The notes: generated from the sequence alone by a model not told the origin. Shown: positions 19,431 through 27,949, numbered from the stretch's first letter. The stretch: DNA of 64,000 nt from an uncultured Smithella sp. (GCA_964394715.1 CAYMYR010000001.1:24895-88894); one strand, 5' to 3'. Made by a program: numbers and translations.

Positions 19431-21788
19431 CTATCTTTTAACAGCAGACATTTTTCTTCGAACAAACCGGATGAAAGCACCCGCAATAAGGATCACCGAT
19501 AACGTCAAAAGAAATACGGTCGTTGCGCCATAATTAACCATTCCATAAGCCAACCCAACCAGCGGCATTAAAGTGCATCGCGTGAGGAAACGTAAACCCT
19601 CGTTTTGCGAAATCCTGGCGGCAACCGGCGGGCTGAACTCATAGTAAAGTTTTACGAAAGTTCTCCCTGCAGAGGTTGTGAGGAGGCAACGGTCGCGGAA
19701 TGACCGTAAAATGCGAACATGCTTTTCCCATGGAGTACCGAAGGCAGCCGTGGCAATAAAACAAGCACCTCCTCCGCTGCCTCCCAGAGGAGCAATGATC
19801 GCACACGTTGCGGAAGCTTCATTCGAATAAGCGGATACCGTTTCATCATTCACTGCCTGCACCCGGTAATAATAAGTTGTGCCGAACGTCAGCCCCGTGT
19901 CACTATAAGTTGTGACACCGGCACCGACAGTCCCGATTTCCGTATAAGGTCCGCCGGTAACTGCAGCGCGGCTGATGATGAAAGACGATTCGGCACCGGA
20001 ATTATCCGTCCAGCTCAGATTGATTTGCGTGTAGGAAACAGCCGATGCGGTCAGACCGCCGGGTGCCCCAAGGATGGTCACTGCGTATACCTCATCGGAT
20101 TCAGGAGAGTCCCCTTCGGCGTTATATGCGCTCACACGGTAGTAATAGGTCTTTCCCTCACTGAGACCGGTATCCGAATAGGTCACCGTTCCGGCACCGA
20201 CAGTGGCAACCTGGCTGTAAGCGCCGCTTGCACCCGTTTTTCTATCAACCTTAAACCCCGTCTCGTTTGTAGAGTTGTCCGTCCAGCTGAGATCGATCCC
20301 GCTGGTCGATACTGAAGAACCGGAAAGGCCCGTCGGCATATTCAGAGCGAGATTAACATTCAGGGCAGCCAGAACATTTATTCTCTTTATGGAACCACCC
20401 GCCATATCCCCCGCTTTTAACGTCACGGCTACACCTGTATCCTGAAGTCCCTTTAATACATTGGCAACGGAAGCCGTCGGCCATTTCTGCTTGATGATGG
20501 CCCAGGCGCCCGCTACATGAGGGGCCGCCATGGATGTTCCATCCCAGCTGTCCCAGCCTCCGCCCGGAACCGAAGAATTGATGGAGCTTCCGGGCGCAAA
20601 GAGAGACAGGATGACGGGATGATAGTTGCTATAGTCCGCCTCGGCATCCGCTTTTGTCGTTGCCCCCACACTTACCGCAGAAGAAACACAGGCAGGTGAA
20701 CCCACGCTGTTTTTATAACCTTCGTTCCCTGATGATATGACGGTGGCAATTCCCGCCGAACGGAGGTTGTCAATAACGGCCTTTGTAGAAGATTCGGAAG
20801 TATCGCAGGCGGAAAAATATTGACCGCCTCCAATACTCATGTTGACCGCTGCAATTTTATAGGTATTTCTCAATGAATAAACATGCTCCAGGGCAAGATT
20901 CTGGTCAGACGTAAAGGTAAGCGCACAAGGTGAAGTAAGACCGTAACTGCTGCAGGATGCTGCGTCAGTGATTTTTGAAAAAACCTGAATGGCAATGATA
21001 TTGGCCTCTTTGGCTACACCATTGATTGTGGCAGACTTGCCCGCGGCAATGCCAGCCACATGGGTTCCATGCTGGCAGCCATTGATGTCTGTACCGTTTG
21101 CTCCCCCGCACTGGATCCCCGCGCCTGCTCCTGTCTGAGACGATTGGCTGTTGGGACAAACTGTCGTCGCATTCTGACCGGCATCTGTAGTGGAAAAGCA
21201 GGCCTCTGCAACCACTTTACCGACAGGAAAGAAGCTGTGGGTTTTATCGACCCCGGAATCAAGAATGGCCACCGTCCATCCTGATCCTGTATAACCCAGT
21301 CCCCAGGCTTGATCTGCCTTGATTAAAGGGACACTCTCCGTTAATGTCGCCGGAATAAGCTTATCTTCTTCAATCGAAAGCACAAGAGGATGGGCAATCA
21401 AAGCATCCAGCGCGTCCGGATCCACTGCCATCGCACTGTAAGGGATATGCTTGAATCTTTTAATGCCCCTTACATTGTGTTCGGAAACTTCTTGCTGCAG
21501 CCGGGTCTGCACACTTGCGATCCGGGCTTTCTGGCCAGCAACTGCTGTCGATCCTGACAACTGCCCCTCCGGCTGAAAGGAAGTGTCCAATCTTATGATG
21601 ACCCGCACGCTGCCCGCCTTTTGTACCTTGGCAAGAAGCGCAGGGGATGCTTTCTGGCTGCCCTGCCCTTCAGCCACCATGATACTGCCAAAAAACAAGA
21701 GAACAAAAAATGTGAATACAAACAACCGGCAAAACCGATGTTTCCGTAACCCTTTGGATTCTTGATCCCTGCATGTACCGTCTGTCAT
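19431..21788 (-). CDS. secreted subtilisin-like serine protease (S8) with I9-like prodomain, two FN3 domains and a CFIATAA-type C-terminal anchor domain
   Basis: The catalytic triad contexts are AILDSGVD, HGTHVAGIAAG and GTSMAAPHVAG. Two FN3 repeats are present (..IDLSWTDNSTNETGFKVDRK...YYYRVSAYN and ..INLSWTDNSGAESSFIISR...YYYRVQAVN). The C-terminus reads GGSGGGACFIATAAFGTPWEKHVRILRSFRDRCLL...SPPVA... and ends in a TM helix and a basic tail. The start is probably the ATG at 21788 (GAGGAGGGG RBS), not 21848. Confidence 0.9.
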   Translation of the reverse strand: MTDGTCRDQESKGLRKHRFCRLFVFTFFVLLFFGSIMVAEGQGSQKASPALLAKVQKAGSVRVIIRLDTSFQPEGQLSGSTAVAGQKARIASVQTRLQQEVSEHNVRGIKRFKHIPYSAMAVDPDALDALIAHPLVLSIEEDKLIPATLTESVPLIKADQAWGLGYTGSGWTVAILDSGVDKTHSFFPVGKVVAEACFSTTDAGQNATTVCPNSQSSQTGAGAGIQCGGANGTDINGCQHGTHVAGIAAGKSATINGVAKEANIIAIQVFSKITDAASCSSYGLTSPCALTFTSDQNLALEHVYSLRNTYKIAAVNMSIGGGQYFSACDTSESSTKAVIDNLRSAGIATVISSGNEGYKNSVGSPACVSSAVSVGATTKADAEADYSNYHPVILSLFAPGSSINSSVPGGGWDSWDGTSMAAPHVAGAWAIIKQKWPTASVANVLKGLQDTGVAVTLKAGDMAGGSIKRINVLAALNVNLALNMPTGLSGSSVSTSGIDLSWTDNSTNETGFKVDRKTGASGAYSQVATVGAGTVTYSDTGLSEGKTYYYRVSAYNAEGDSPESDEVYAVTILGAPGGLTASAVSYTQINLSWTDNSGAESSFIISRAAVTGGPYTEIGTVGAGVTTYSDTGLTFGTTYYYRVQAVNDETVSAYSNEASATCAIIAPLGGSGGGACFIATAAFGTPWEKHVRILRSFRDRCLLTTSAGRTFVKLYYEFSPPVAARISQNEGLRFLTRCTLMPLVGLAYGMVNYGATTVFLLTLSVILIAGAFIRFVRRKMSAVKR

Positions 21789-21863
21789 CTTCCCCTCCTC
21801 TTGAAATTCGGCCCGTTTCACAATCGGCAGTGTCTGGTTGATAAACAATTCCTATCCTCCCGT

Positions 21864-22322
21864 TTACCTTCCTGCCGGCGGCACAGGAGCGTCCTCCTGT
21901 AATGACAGGATGAGCGGATGGAAAATCAGCACTCTCAGCGCCTTTGCATCCACCTCCATTCCTATGAAAGGTGCGTACTTCATTCTTTTAACACTCCTGA
22001 CCTGATATTCTGACAGGTCCGCACATAATCGATCCTGTATTTCTGCTATGCGGTTCTGCTGGTCAACAGCCGCCTGCGGTGGCAGTTGACTGTCAGGCAC
22101 AAACGGCATATTCAGTCTTGCTATGATGCGGACGCTGCCAACCGCTTCCGCACGGGCAAGAAGATTTCTGTAATGTTGGAGTGAAGATGACTGTTCATTT
22201 CTTGACACGGGAGGTTTTCCCTCGGTTTGAGACAGGTTCATGGCTTGGCCACAGCTTGCAAACAATGTAACCAGAAGAAATAAAAACCCTGAAAATACCC
22301 TGATGATTATTTTAGGGGTCAT
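21864..22322 (-). CDS. lipoprotein homologous to the prodomain (inhibitor I9-like) of the adjacent S8 protease
   Basis: It has a lipobox (LFASC). Residues about 55-150 (LLARAEAVGSVRIIARLNMPFVPDSQL...VRSVKRMKYAPFIGMEVDAKALRVLIFHPLILSLQEDAPVP) align colinearly with the protease N-terminus. The matching protease segment is LLAKVQKAGSVRVIIRLDTSFQPEGQL...VRGIKRFKHIPYSAMAVDPDALDALIAHPLVLSIEEDKLIP. Confidence 0.75.
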   Translation of the reverse strand: MTPKIIIRVFSGFLFLLVTLFASCGQAMNLSQTEGKPPVSRNEQSSSLQHYRNLLARAEAVGSVRIIARLNMPFVPDSQLPPQAAVDQQNRIAEIQDRLCADLSEYQVRSVKRMKYAPFIGMEVDAKALRVLIFHPLILSLQEDAPVPPAGR

Positions 22323-22444
22323 GAGTCCCCCATAGAATGGGTTCCGATAGCAAGTTCACCGTTCAGGTCACCCGGGACAGCAACGGACCGTCAAAAGAAC
22401 AATTCATTTTCTGTGCCCGATATCAGCTTTTTTATCTGAAAAGG

Positions 22445-22473
22445 ATAATGATAAAATTCCAGGACAAAGTCAA
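22445..22473 (-). promoter_or_regulatory. candidate sigma70-type promoter for the prodomain-lipoprotein/S8 protease pair
   Basis: The minus-sense sequence is TTGACT (22473-22468), a 17-nt spacer, then CATTAT (22450-22445). It lies in the 175-nt gap downstream of the radical SAM gene. Confidence 0.35.
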
Positions 22474-22497
22474 AAGATTTCTTTCGAGTTTGAATGA

Positions 22498-23715
22498 TTA
22501 CGGAGCTTTTTGTTTTTCACGGATGAAACAGCGCGGATCTTCCGCCAGGTAGTCGCCACTGTATGCATGGGCCCGCCCACGGCATCCGCCGCAGACGGTC
22601 TTGTACTGGCAATCACCGCAAAGTCCCTTGAGCTTTTCTTCACGATGGCGTAAATCCTGAAATAAAGCGGAAGCTGTATAAATGTCATGAAAACTCTTTT
22701 CACGGATATTTCCTCCGCTTACCTCGACAAATGGACAGGGCCATATATCACCGTTGGCCTTGATATAAACAAATCCGCGTCCCGCGGCGCAACCGTGAAA
22801 TACTTTTCCGGCCAGTTTAAGCGGCAACCCGCCCCGGATGCCTCCTCTTTCCAGAAGATACGGCCAATACTGCGGCCCGGCCACCGGCTCGATAATCGTT
22901 TTGGCGTTTTTCTGTTTTTCGGCAATCAGTTCACTCAAATGCCTGTTGGCAGTTTTCTTGAGGGTGGCTTTTTCGATTTTTTCGCCCCGCCCTACAGCAA
23001 CCAGCTGATACATCAGCATGATGCCTGCCCCGCTGGCATCGGCAAAATCAATCAGCTCCGGCAGATGAAGCATATTATACTCCATCGCCGTTGTGTTGAT
23101 CTGCAGCATAATGCCGGCTTTTTTTGTGGCTTCAACCGCCCGCATGGCCAGATCAAAGGAACCGGGTTTGTTTCTGATCATATTGTGAATATCGGGATTG
23201 GCCGCATCAAAACTGATCGCATTGCAAACCACCCCGTGGTCTTTGAGTTTAAAGGCCATTTCTTCATCAATCAGCGTTCCGTTCGTGGCAATGATGTTGG
23301 CGAGTCCCGCCTTTTGTGAATGCCTTAGGAGTTCAAAAATGTCCGGCCGCACCAGCGGCTCACCGCCGGTGTAGATCAGGGTGCGGAACTCACTTTCCGC
23401 TGCAAGCTGATCAATCAGCTTTTTCCCCTCGTCGGTGGTCAGTTCATCGGCATCGGCCTGACCGCTTGTGGCATGGCAGTGGATACAGCGCAGGTTACAG
23501 GCTCCGGTTACTTCCCAGACGGGATGTCCGGGATAACCGATGCAGCCCATACCCCAGGCGCCGTTGGCGACGGGCATGGATGGAATTCCATGGTGGACAA
23601 GCCACCCGAAGAAATTCCGCCAGCGGTTCAGATATCCCATCAGCAGCGTGCTTCCCAGCTGCCTGAATAAAAGCGAAGGGGGATTGTAAAATGCCTTTAC
23701 TTTGTTTTTTTTCAT
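22498..23715 (-). CDS. radical SAM / SPASM-domain protein (NirJ/AhbC/AhbD-like family)
   Basis: It has a CxxxCxxC cluster (GACNLRCIHC) followed by GGEPL. A C-terminal SPASM-type cysteine array is present (GCAAGRGFVYIKANGDIWPCPF...CGDCQYKTVCGGCRGRAHA...DPRC). The start is probably the ATG at 23715 (MKKNKVKAF), 7 nt after the upstream stop. Confidence 0.85.
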   Translation of the reverse strand: MKKNKVKAFYNPPSLLFRQLGSTLLMGYLNRWRNFFGWLVHHGIPSMPVANGAWGMGCIGYPGHPVWEVTGACNLRCIHCHATSGQADADELTTDEGKKLIDQLAAESEFRTLIYTGGEPLVRPDIFELLRHSQKAGLANIIATNGTLIDEEMAFKLKDHGVVCNAISFDAANPDIHNMIRNKPGSFDLAMRAVEATKKAGIMLQINTTAMEYNMLHLPELIDFADASGAGIMLMYQLVAVGRGEKIEKATLKKTANRHLSELIAEKQKNAKTIIEPVAGPQYWPYLLERGGIRGGLPLKLAGKVFHGCAAGRGFVYIKANGDIWPCPFVEVSGGNIREKSFHDIYTASALFQDLRHREEKLKGLCGDCQYKTVCGGCRGRAHAYSGDYLAEDPRCFIREKQKAP

Positions 23716-23722
23716 GGTCATC

Positions 23723-24643
23723 TCATACATAGGCCAGTATAAAAGCCAGGGATGTTCCAAGATTCACGGCGATGTTCAGGCCGCACAATATTTTCAGCCA
23801 GCGGGCATCATCATGACGGTTTTTCAACACCTGATAAATGATAAAAAGGGCAACGGCAACAAACGGCAGATAAAAATAGATCACTTGAAAAGGAACTCCG
23901 AAGCAAGGCGATATCAGCATGGTCAGGCAGGTGAACAGATTGAAAATGATATAAACAATTTTTCCTTTCTGTTTGCCGATCCGAACCAGAAGATTCTTTT
24001 TCCCCGTTGCGATATCCGCTTCGTAATCCGGAAATTCATTGAGCAGAATCACATTGAAAATGGAAAAACCGATCGGCATCCATAACCAGTGAATCACCGG
24101 AGCGATCGACGCCGTTTGAATGTAATAGGAAGAAGCCACGGGCAGCCAGCCGAAGCAAAAACCGATGAATAGCTCACCAACACCCCGTTTGACAAGCCTG
24201 ACGGGTTCCGTGGAATAGAAAAAACCGGGAACCGCACCCAGGAAACCGATCAGCAGCGTATATGGACCGGTTTTATAGACAAACTGGAGGACAACCCCGA
24301 TGATAAAAGCCATAAAAATGGAGATGATGCTTGTCCAGAGGGCAACGCGGGCGGAGATTTTTCCTTCGTTGATCATCCGGGTGCCGCCGGCGAAGGGATT
24401 TTCGTGAATCCTCGCAGAAATGGCGTTTTCCCTGCGGTCAAAGTATTCACCTGCGTGATAGGTGGATAACAAAATCAGAATAACCCCGGCAACTCCAAGC
24501 ACAAACACTTCCGGGTCAAAAGCGCCGGCCAGGCGATAGGCCAGAAAGGTCCCCAGGAGAAATGGCAGGATGCCTACTGTGTGAAAGGGTGGACGTGACA
24601 GGATAATCCAGCCTTTCAGTGCTTGTGTGGAGATATTTTTCAT
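23723..24643 (-). CDS. UbiA-superfamily polyprenyltransferase (MenA-like)
   Basis: The protein is 306 aa with 8-9 TM helices. Two acidic motifs sit in cytoplasmic loops, HAGEYFDRREN and NEFPDYEADIATGKKNL, the second resembling the MenA/UbiA NxxxDxxxD motif. Confidence 0.75.
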   Translation of the reverse strand: MKNISTQALKGWIILSRPPFHTVGILPFLLGTFLAYRLAGAFDPEVFVLGVAGVILILLSTYHAGEYFDRRENAISARIHENPFAGGTRMINEGKISARVALWTSIISIFMAFIIGVVLQFVYKTGPYTLLIGFLGAVPGFFYSTEPVRLVKRGVGELFIGFCFGWLPVASSYYIQTASIAPVIHWLWMPIGFSIFNVILLNEFPDYEADIATGKKNLLVRIGKQKGKIVYIIFNLFTCLTMLISPCFGVPFQVIYFYLPFVAVALFIIYQVLKNRHDDARWLKILCGLNIAVNLGTSLAFILAYV

Positions 24644-25125
24644 AACAATATCCGGACTTTCTTCTTAGAGGGCATGATACTTGTTCCCGGACCATTTGTG
24701 ATTGTTTTCCATGGCCTTCCGTTCACTCTTAAAGGTTGGGCTTACTATCACATTGAATAATTCCTGTCAAAGAGAAGACACCGTTTCATGACGGTGCGTT
24801 TTCCCCTTTTTTTCTTTGGTCGCTGCAATTATTTTTCGGTCTCTGAAATGTCATGGTAAAGGGGCTGCTTCATCACTTTTTTCTTGATTGTTATTTTTTT
24901 ATGTGTTAGGCGTAGCGCCAGTTTGAAGCATGGTACGCTTCGTCTAACGAGTATACAAAAAGAGTTACAGAAAACGCAATGGCGAGTCGGGTGCAGTTTC
25001 TGAAAGACAGCCCGGGACAATCGCAAGAATCATGCAAATCTTTTAAGTTCATGATAGCCTATGAGTCGCCGTAAAAGGCGTATTATTTCATTAAATGTTT
25101 CTTTTCATGAAAGGGGGGTAAGAGT

Positions 25126-25398
25126 ATGACGAAAGCAGATTTGGTCGGAATCATGGCGGATGAGGCGGGGATTACCAAAGCGGCGGCGTCCGAGGCACTG
25201 GATGCATTTGTCTCGGCGGTCACCAAAGAACTGAAAAAATCAGGAAAACTGGGCTTGGTTGGATTTGGAACGTTCTCCGTCGTAAAGAGAAAAGCACGCG
25301 AAGGCAGGAATCCTCAAACGGGTAAAGCAATTAAGATTCCCGCGAAGAAAGTTGTCAAATTCAAGGCCGGTAAGACTTTGGCCGACAAAGTAAAATAG
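25126..25398 (+). CDS. hup: HU family DNA-binding protein
   Basis: The 90-aa protein reads MTKADLV...GFGTFSVVKRKAREGRNPQTGKAIKIPAKKVVKFKAGK, the canonical HU/IHF fold signature. A GGGGG RBS is present. Confidence 0.93.
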   Translation: MTKADLVGIMADEAGITKAAASEALDAFVSAVTKELKKSGKLGLVGFGTFSVVKRKAREGRNPQTGKAIKIPAKKVVKFKAGKTLADKVK

Positions 25399-25420
25399 TT
25401 TTTTTAAGTTCTTATTAAAA

Positions 25421-25462
25421 CCAGGGCCTCCGCATTATTTATTTGACAATCGGAGGCCCTGG
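25421..25462 (+). terminator. strong hairpin after hup (possible terminator; the loop carries a TTGACA hexamer)
   Basis: A perfect 12-bp stem (ccagggcctccg / cggaggccctgg) closes an 18-nt loop (cattatttatttgacaat). There is no clear U-tract afterwards, so terminator function is uncertain. Confidence 0.45.
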
Positions 25463-25496
25463 TGCATTTATTCAACTGTGGCAAGGAGTTTTTGTT

Positions 25497-26486
25497 TTGA
25501 TTCAAAAAAGAATTCTCAGCGGGATGAGACCCACCGGCCTTCTGCATCTGGGAAATTTGCACGGCGCGCTGGGCAACTGGGTGGAATTGCAGGAAAGCGG
25601 CAAGTACGACTGTTTTTATTTCGTGGCTGACTGGCACGCAATCACCAGCGAATACAGTTCTACAGAATGCATCAAGGACAATACCCTGAACATGCTGATC
25701 GACTGGCTGGCCGCCGGTCTCGATCCGAAAAAAAGCACCCTTTTTGTTCAATCGGCCGTGAAAGAACATGCAGAATTATTTCTGCTGCTTTCCATGATCA
25801 CCCCTCTGGCCTGGCTGCAGCGTAATCCCACCTACAAGGAAATGCAGGCGGAACTGACTTCCCGGGACCTGTCCACTTTCGGTTTCCTGGGTTATCCCGT
25901 CCTGCAGGCGGCCGACATCATCATGTACAAGGCCTATGGAGTGCCCGTCGGCGTGGATCAGCTGCCGCATATCGAACTGACCCGCGAGATCGCCCGCCGT
26001 TTCAATTTTCTTTATAAAGAAGTCTTCCCCGTACCGGAACCCCTTTTAACAAGCGTTCCGAAGCTTCTGGGTACCGATGGCCGGAAAATGAGCAAGTCCT
26101 ATGACAATTCTATTTATCTGTCCGATCGCGGAAAGGAGCTACACCGGAAAGTCGCATCCATGTTTACCGATCCGCAGCGAATGAGAAAAAAAGATCCGGG
26201 AAATCCCGATATCTGCAATGTTTTTACATTTCACGGAATCTATTCACCCGCGGAGACCGTGGCTGAAATCAACCAGGCCTGCAGGGTCGCCGGGATCGGA
26301 TGCATTGAATGCAAAAAAATGCTGGCGTCCCGTATTGAAGAATCCCTGGCGCCCGTACATGAACGCATGGATTATTACCAGAACCATTTGCAGGAAATTC
26401 ATGATATCATAGCTGAGGGCAACGGCAGAGCTGCAAAAATCGCAAGACAGACAATGGAAGAGGTTCGTGAAGCGATAAAAATTTAA
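25497..26486 (+). CDS. trpS: tryptophanyl-tRNA synthetase
   Basis: The protein reads ILSGMRPTGLLHLGNLHGAL (HIGH-type) and KMSKS (GRKMSKSYDN). The likely start is the TTG at 25497, with AAGGAG 8 nt upstream. The ORF-track start at 25443 lies inside the hairpin. Confidence 0.93.
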   Translation: MIQKRILSGMRPTGLLHLGNLHGALGNWVELQESGKYDCFYFVADWHAITSEYSSTECIKDNTLNMLIDWLAAGLDPKKSTLFVQSAVKEHAELFLLLSMITPLAWLQRNPTYKEMQAELTSRDLSTFGFLGYPVLQAADIIMYKAYGVPVGVDQLPHIELTREIARRFNFLYKEVFPVPEPLLTSVPKLLGTDGRKMSKSYDNSIYLSDRGKELHRKVASMFTDPQRMRKKDPGNPDICNVFTFHGIYSPAETVAEINQACRVAGIGCIECKKMLASRIEESLAPVHERMDYYQNHLQEIHDIIAEGNGRAAKIARQTMEEVREAIKI

Positions 26487-26548
26487 TCCCGCTCACGCCC
26501 GACGAGCGTTCATTTTTCCTGGCTTGCTGCAAGGCGTTTGATTTTTCT

Positions 26549-27295
26549 ATGAATGAAGAACTTTCGACAGATTACGCAATCAAGCTGGACATTTTTGAGG
26601 GTCCGCTGGATCTGCTGTTATATCTGATAAAAAAGAACGAGATCGACATTTACAACATTCCCATTGCTCTTATCACACAGCAGTATCTCGACTATATTCA
26701 TATGATCAAATCACTGAACCTGGACCTGGCCGGTGAGTACCTGGTCATGGCTTCCACTCTGATTCATATCAAGTCCCGCTTGCTGCTGCCCATACCGGAG
26801 GAGCCCTCCGAAGAGGATCTGGAAGAGGATCCGCGCTCGGAACTGGTCCGCCAGTTAATCGAGTACCAGGCTTTCAAGGAGGCAGCCGAAAAGCTGGCAC
26901 AAAGACCTCTTCTCGAAAGGGACGTGTTCGTTCGATCCGCCGTCCTCCCGGAAGATATAATCCGATCTCGACAGGAGGATGACGAACTGATCGAAGCGAG
27001 TATATTTGAACTGATTGAAGCCTTTCACAATATTGTTTCACGCCTGGACAACAAAGAACTCCTGGAAATTGACCTGGAGAAATTGTCGCTGACGGATATC
27101 ATCAACGATGTTATGGATCGCCTGACACGCGAAAGAAACCTCACCTTTGAAGAGTTGCTGGGAGAACGAAAAGACCGCCGCCGCATCGTCTATACATTTC
27201 TGGCCTTGCTGGAACTGATCAAGCTCAAAATGGTCAAGGCCTATCAGACAGCGGCGTTCGGTGTTATTCGAATTTTCCCGGCCGTGGAGTCTTAA
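26549..27295 (+). CDS. scpA: segregation and condensation protein A
   Basis: The protein reads LDIFEGPLDLLLYLIKKNEIDIYNIPIA.IT.QYL, the typical ScpA kleisin N-terminus. It is followed immediately by scpB. Confidence 0.92.
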   Translation: MNEELSTDYAIKLDIFEGPLDLLLYLIKKNEIDIYNIPIALITQQYLDYIHMIKSLNLDLAGEYLVMASTLIHIKSRLLLPIPEEPSEEDLEEDPRSELVRQLIEYQAFKEAAEKLAQRPLLERDVFVRSAVLPEDIIRSRQEDDELIEASIFELIEAFHNIVSRLDNKELLEIDLEKLSLTDIINDVMDRLTRERNLTFEELLGERKDRRRIVYTFLALLELIKLKMVKAYQTAAFGVIRIFPAVES

Positions 27296-27949
27296 ATGGA
27301 TAACATACCTGCCGTTATTGAAGCGTTAATTTTTGCGTCCGAATCCCCCCTGCCGCTGGAAAAAATCTGCACCGTTCTGGACGGTGTGGATAAAACAGAA
27401 GTGAAAGACGCCCTAGAGAAACTGATTACCGCATATGAAGAACGCCAGAATGGAATCATGATACAGGAGGTCGCCGGCGGTTTTCAGTTTCGCACAAGGC
27501 CCGAGATGGCCCTATGGATCAAAAAGCTCAAAGGCACAAGACCCGGATCCCTCTCTCCCGCAGCACTCGAAACGCTGGCAATCGTTGCCTACCGGCAGCC
27601 AATTGTCAAAGCGGAAATCGAAACCGTCCGGGGGGTAGACGTCAGCGCGCCGCTCAAAGGCCTTCTGGAAAAGAAACTGATCAGGATCATGGGACGCAAG
27701 GATGCTCCCGGAAAACCAATCATCTACGGCACCACAAAGAAATTTCTGGAAGTATTCAATCTCAAAGAACTGACGGATCTGCCGACCATGAGGGAACTTA
27801 CGGAAATTACCGAACAACAAAGCGCACTTGACCTGGAAACGGCAGAGGAAAACGCCGGCGAACAGGAAACCATAACGCAGGAATCCTTCGAGAAACAGAT
27901 TTCTCAGGAAATTTCTCAAGAGATTTCTGAGGATGATAATGATTCATGA
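27296..27949 (+). CDS. scpB: segregation and condensation protein B
   Basis: The protein reads IEALIFASESPL...GGFQFRTRPE...LS.AALETLAIVAYRQPI...E.VRGV. It has an acidic C-terminal tail with the short repeat QISQEISQEIS. Confidence 0.92.
   Translation: MDNIPAVIEALIFASESPLPLEKICTVLDGVDKTEVKDALEKLITAYEERQNGIMIQEVAGGFQFRTRPEMALWIKKLKGTRPGSLSPAALETLAIVAYRQPIVKAEIETVRGVDVSAPLKGLLEKKLIRIMGRKDAPGKPIIYGTTKKFLEVFNLKELTDLPTMRELTEITEQQSALDLETAEENAGEQETITQESFEKQISQEISQEISEDDNDS

Noticed and set aside
24829-25026. A 65-aa minus-strand ORF in the UbiA-hup intergenic region.
   Set aside because: It has no RBS and a Cys/Arg/Lys-rich, unstructured-looking sequence. It overlaps predicted hairpins, so the region is more likely non-coding.
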